The position numbers were made by a program, and so were the translations under genes. This document shows, in pieces, positions 60,838-64,000 of a stretch of 64,000 nt of DNA (position 1 is the stretch's first letter; every line of letters starts with the position of its first letter). Below the pieces are notes generated by a model, which made no database searches, was not told the DNA's origin, and was given only the letters and a program-made list of their open reading frames with translations. This DNA is from Basidiobolus meristosporus CBS 931.73 (taxonomy: Eukaryota; Fungi; Basidiobolomycota): the NCBI GenBank assembly GCA_002104905.1, contig MCFE01000216.1:62348-126347 (forward strand). The letters are read 5' to 3'.

Positions 60838-61749
60838 TTACTCTGTTTTTGGGTTAGGGAAACTCAGGTAGCTTTGCTGCAGGGCTGAAACAATGGATTC
60901 CCATTTTCTTGAAGTAACAGCAGTAGTCTTGCATGGCAGTGAGAGGGAGGCAGAGACCAGAATCAGATGCTTCACAAAGAGCCAGGTATAGTTGCAATCA
61001 TCTGGCAGAGAAAGTAGCATACTGGCAAGCTTCAAGTAGTTCCCTAAGTCTTTCTTCTGATTCTTGGTAGCTTTGTGGGTGAGCACAGTAAGTTTTGGCA
61101 GCTTCTTCTTCACAACTGGTTGCATAGAAAGGGACCAGGCTAGGTGGTCAGAGGCTCTCAAGGATCCTAGCTCAGCTCCAGAGAATTGCTTAACTTCATT
61201 CACAAAGTAGAGGGCAGCAGCAGAAGGGCAGATCCAGTCAACACATCTTTTCTCAGATTGAGCACCTAGTGCTAGCAGATGGCTTTCTCTCAGGAAGTTC
61301 AGTAGGAATGTAGACCTTGGCTTCATTCTTGCAGTCAGAGTAGTCTTGTTCTCAGGATGGGGAATGTTGAGATCTCCAAGCAAGATAACAGGTGTTGATA
61401 TAGATTGCTGGTATTGCTGAACTTTCTGGCATATAACTTGCACTTTCTGAAGGGCAAGACTTGGAGGCAGATAGCAGAGCACCAGACTGATAGTTGGCAA
61501 CTGGAGAGCAGCACAGTAAGGGGAGTAAAGAGGAACACAGAGCTGGGGAGTATTGATGGTAGAAGAGATGAAGCAGATAGAGGAGGTATTCTTTGTTCTA
61601 GGAGTAGAAAAGCAATATAGATTAGTCAAAAGTATAGACGGTAGCTGGACATCAATCAAACACAGGAGAAAAAATCTTGAAAGAAGTCTCTCTAGAGTTG
61701 GTCTTGATGGCTGTATGCTGTTGCAGTTAAGCAACAGAACTTCAGGTAG
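60838..61749 (-). CDS. Apurinic-like (EEP) endonuclease region of the LINE-like element
   Basis: VLLLNCNS, CYLPP, ILLGDLN, VDWI and SDH motifs in APE order; the usual Glu appears as Asp (LCLIDVQ). No AUG start. Confidence 0.75.
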   Translation of the reverse strand, partial: LPEVLLLNCNSIQPSRPTLERLLSRFFLLCLIDVQLPSILLTNLYCFSTPRTKNTSSICFISSTINTPQLCVPLYSPYCAALQLPTISLVLCYLPPSLALQKVQVICQKVQQYQQSISTPVILLGDLNIPHPENKTTLTARMKPRSTFLLNFLRESHLLALGAQSEKRCVDWICPSAAALYFVNEVKQFSGAELGSLRASDHLAWSLSMQPVVKKKLPKLTVLTHKATKNQKKDLGNYLKLASMLLSLPDDCNYTWLFVKHLILVSASLSLPCKTTAVTSRKWESIVSALQQSYLSFPNPKTE

Positions 61750-63207
61750 TCAGGCAGAGGTTGTAGCTTCTTCAGAGGCAGCATTGACAATGTGACCTGC
61801 AGAGTCCCAGAGCTCTTCAAATGGTGCATCACTTAAGTCAGCAAGGAGGGAAATGGCATGGTTCTTGAGGAAGTATGCCACATCATAGGAGGGGGCTTGT
61901 CTCTTGATGGCAGCAAAGAAATACAGAATGGCAACATGAGCTGGAGGCTTGTTGAACAGTAGAGAGTCAGAGGATTCAGATTCTTCAGGCACTATGTTGA
62001 AGTCAGTTTTCAGCCAGTTAAGGTTCTTCTCCACAAAGGCAACAAATGGGTCAGCAATGTTTTGGTCTAGGATAACCTCCAGAATCTTCCCTTTTCTCCA
62101 GGCCAGGTTGACAATTCTTGAGAGCTGAATATTGCATGCCTTGAGTGCTTTCCTGATGTTGGAAATGGGAGTCCAGGGAACTTGCTTCAAGTACACCACA
62201 GCCCAGGTAGAGGCTGGTGGTAGGTTTGCTGGGGGCTTGTAAGTCCTTCTGTGTTGCAATGGAGCTGCAGTAATCAAATTGGAGTCCACATTCTCAGTAG
62301 AGGGTTTTCTTGATGTGTCTTGCTGAATAGTACTGGAGCTGAATGTGTTGATAATTCTTGCTAGAACCTTGCCTGCATAAGTCTGAGGTATGGCTGAGGT
62401 GACTGTAGAGGTGGTAGCAGCTGGTGCAGGTGGAGGGGCAGAAACTGAAGCAGGAACTGAGGTCACCTGGGAGAAGGCAGTAGAAGCAGGTTTTCTGGGA
62501 GGAACAGAGTTCACTATCCAGTTGTTCTGTAAAATACTGGAGTAGCTTCTCTGTGGAACAGGATCTTGCTCTTGAACAGGAACAGAAGCAGGAGGCTGGG
62601 GCTGAGCAGTAGTGGTAAGGCAGTGGCACTCCAAGGAAGCTTTTTGCAGGGCATCTCTGGCAGTTTTCAGGGCAGTATTGGCTTCATTCTTGAGCTTCTT
62701 GCATTGGGCATCCAGTCTCTTGTTTTCAATAGCCAGGGCAGTATTGGCAGCCTCTAAATCAGCAACTCTCTTCTCATTTGCAAGGAATCTCTGATGAAAT
62801 GCATCAGTAGAAGTGCTGGCATCTGGGAGAGCAGTGGCAGGAATAGAGTCCATTGACAGTGGGCTTCTTGGAGGCAAGGAAAGTGGACTGGCAGACTCAG
62901 GCACAAAAGGAGATATCCTGGCAGGAGGAGAAGGAGTATCCAAGGCAGTAACAGAGGCAATTCTTGTTGGTGAAGCAGCAGCAGGGGAGGCAAGCCTGTT
63001 CAGAAACTGGGCAGGAGAGAGTGCTTGAGGAGAGTGAGTCTTCAGCCTACCAAGCATGTCTTCCATCAGAGTGATACCAATATTCCTGGTGCATTTGCAG
63101 AGAAAAGTAAGCTTCCTGAGTCTGCCAGCTCTTCCATTCCTTCTGATAGTTCCTTTGTTTCCACAGTTGGGGCAAGAAATCTTCTTAGGGGGGGAGACAG
63201 TCACCAA
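61750..63207 (-). CDS. ORF1 of the LINE-like element (Cys ribbon, Pro/Ser-rich linker, coiled coil, C-terminal conserved domain)
   Basis: CPNCGNKGTIRRNG...FLCKC; coiled coil RVADLEAANTALAIENKRLDAQCKKLK; VYL..VPWTPISNIRKAL..CNIQLSRIVNL domain. Confidence 0.75.
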   Translation of the reverse strand: MVTVSPPKKISCPNCGNKGTIRRNGRAGRLRKLTFLCKCTRNIGITLMEDMLGRLKTHSPQALSPAQFLNRLASPAAASPTRIASVTALDTPSPPARISPFVPESASPLSLPPRSPLSMDSIPATALPDASTSTDAFHQRFLANEKRVADLEAANTALAIENKRLDAQCKKLKNEANTALKTARDALQKASLECHCLTTTAQPQPPASVPVQEQDPVPQRSYSSILQNNWIVNSVPPRKPASTAFSQVTSVPASVSAPPPAPAATTSTVTSAIPQTYAGKVLARIINTFSSSTIQQDTSRKPSTENVDSNLITAAPLQHRRTYKPPANLPPASTWAVVYLKQVPWTPISNIRKALKACNIQLSRIVNLAWRKGKILEVILDQNIADPFVAFVEKNLNWLKTDFNIVPEESESSDSLLFNKPPAHVAILYFFAAIKRQAPSYDVAYFLKNHAISLLADLSDAPFEELWDSAGHIVNAASEEATTSA

Positions 63208-64000
63208 CAGGTGAAATCTTTATTTCAGTTGAAACAAAGAAGCCAACACTACTGTTGTAGCTTTGATACAAGAGTGTGTAGCTGAGGGGAATTTGTAGGT
63301 AAGTTAATAAGAAGTGATGATAGTTCTTCAGTGCTCAAGACACTGTTCAGCGGGAAGGGGGGTAGTAAGAGAGGTAAGAATAACTTGTGAACAACATTAA
63401 TGAGGGGAATGTGATAAGGATTGATATTCATCATAAAGGGAGTGTGCTGCTGCAGATACTGCTGCCAAAGGTCTGTCAAGTACTTCAGGTAGGCCAGCTT
63501 GGGTTTTTCTGACTGCAGAATATAATGAGCAAACTTCTTGACTTCAGGATCTCCAAGTATAGTTCTCCAGCAGGAGCCAGGTGTTGTGTGGTGTGTTCTC
63601 TTCCAGGCCTTAATCAGTGGGTTGTTGCAGTTGTGAAGTCTGAGGTGTAATCTGGTTCTAAGGTAGAGAAGTCTGATCTTATAGGGCATAAACCCAAAAG
63701 CACCAAGAATAGCATGTCTGTAGGGGCATCAGGCAAATGAGGCACCAAGGAGGTAAAGCACCATACTGCAAACTTGTCAAGCTTAGTGCAGTCTCTAGAA
63801 GTAAGAGAGAGAAGCGGTAAGCCAAATTCCAGGACAAGGGAAGACAAACTGCTTGAGTAGAAGGAGACAGCTGGGAGCTGAAGTTGTAGGAGAGTAATAG
63901 CCAGTAGCTTGTGGAGTGCCTGTACTTGCCAGGATAATTCTCTTCTTCAGGTGTGCTCCAGAGTCTAGTCCAGTAGGAAGGAAAGGAAGCCAAGATATGT
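63185..64000 (-). mobile_element. Unit 2 of the LINE-like tandem (3' end only; continues beyond the window), frameshifted
   Basis: About 96% identical to 58918-59730, with several 1-bp indels that break the RT frame. Confidence 0.9.

Larger units (their letters stand above)
58918..63184 (-). mobile_element. APE-type non-LTR (LINE-like) retrotransposon, unit 1 of a head-to-tail tandem (period 4,268 bp)
   Basis: ORF1, endonuclease and RT in one frame. 58918-59730 recurs at 63185-64000 with about 30 differences in ~750 bp. Confidence 0.9.

Noticed and set aside
1-64000. CRISPR arrays, rRNA, spliceosomal snRNAs, U12-type introns
   Set aside because: No regularly spaced direct repeats, no rRNA or U1/U2/U6 signature strings, and the donors I read were ordinary GT types. 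A covariance-model search would be needed to exclude small RNAs.

Overview
Eukaryotic, intron-rich genomic DNA from an early-diverging fungus. Short ~55-65 nt GT-AG introns, a 7TM-RGS gene, a GH46 chitosanase and Mucoromycota/Zoopagomycota-like retroelements suggest something like Basidiobolus; this is inference, not a database match. About 22 protein-coding genes lie in 1-56 kb, mostly housekeeping (OSCA/CSC1, PP2C, mS29, CCDC90/Fmp32, ATP5, SNX3, GPD, UFD2, VAP, alpha-arrestin, UTP13, MATE), plus two class-3 lipase paralogs and several bacterial-like or orphan genes. The last 8 kb is a nested, CpG-purged retroelement block. Two features stand out. (1) A head-to-head Hsp104/ClpB pair whose 2,060-bp cores are inverted repeats differing by only 12 synonymous changes, while N- and C-termini are fully diverged; one copy lacks the N-terminal domain, and both share a promoter with a perfect heat-shock element inside a potentially invertible 1.18-kb spacer. 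(2) A 4,268-bp head-to-tail APE/RT retrotransposon with ORF1, endonuclease and RT in one reading frame, a UGA-CUA stop at the ORF1/ORF2 boundary, no AUG before its N-terminal zinc ribbon, CCCCTAA junctions and only 3 CpG in 4.27 kb. Exon boundaries were read by hand, so outer coordinates of spliced genes are approximate. No rRNA, convincing tRNA or CRISPR array was found.
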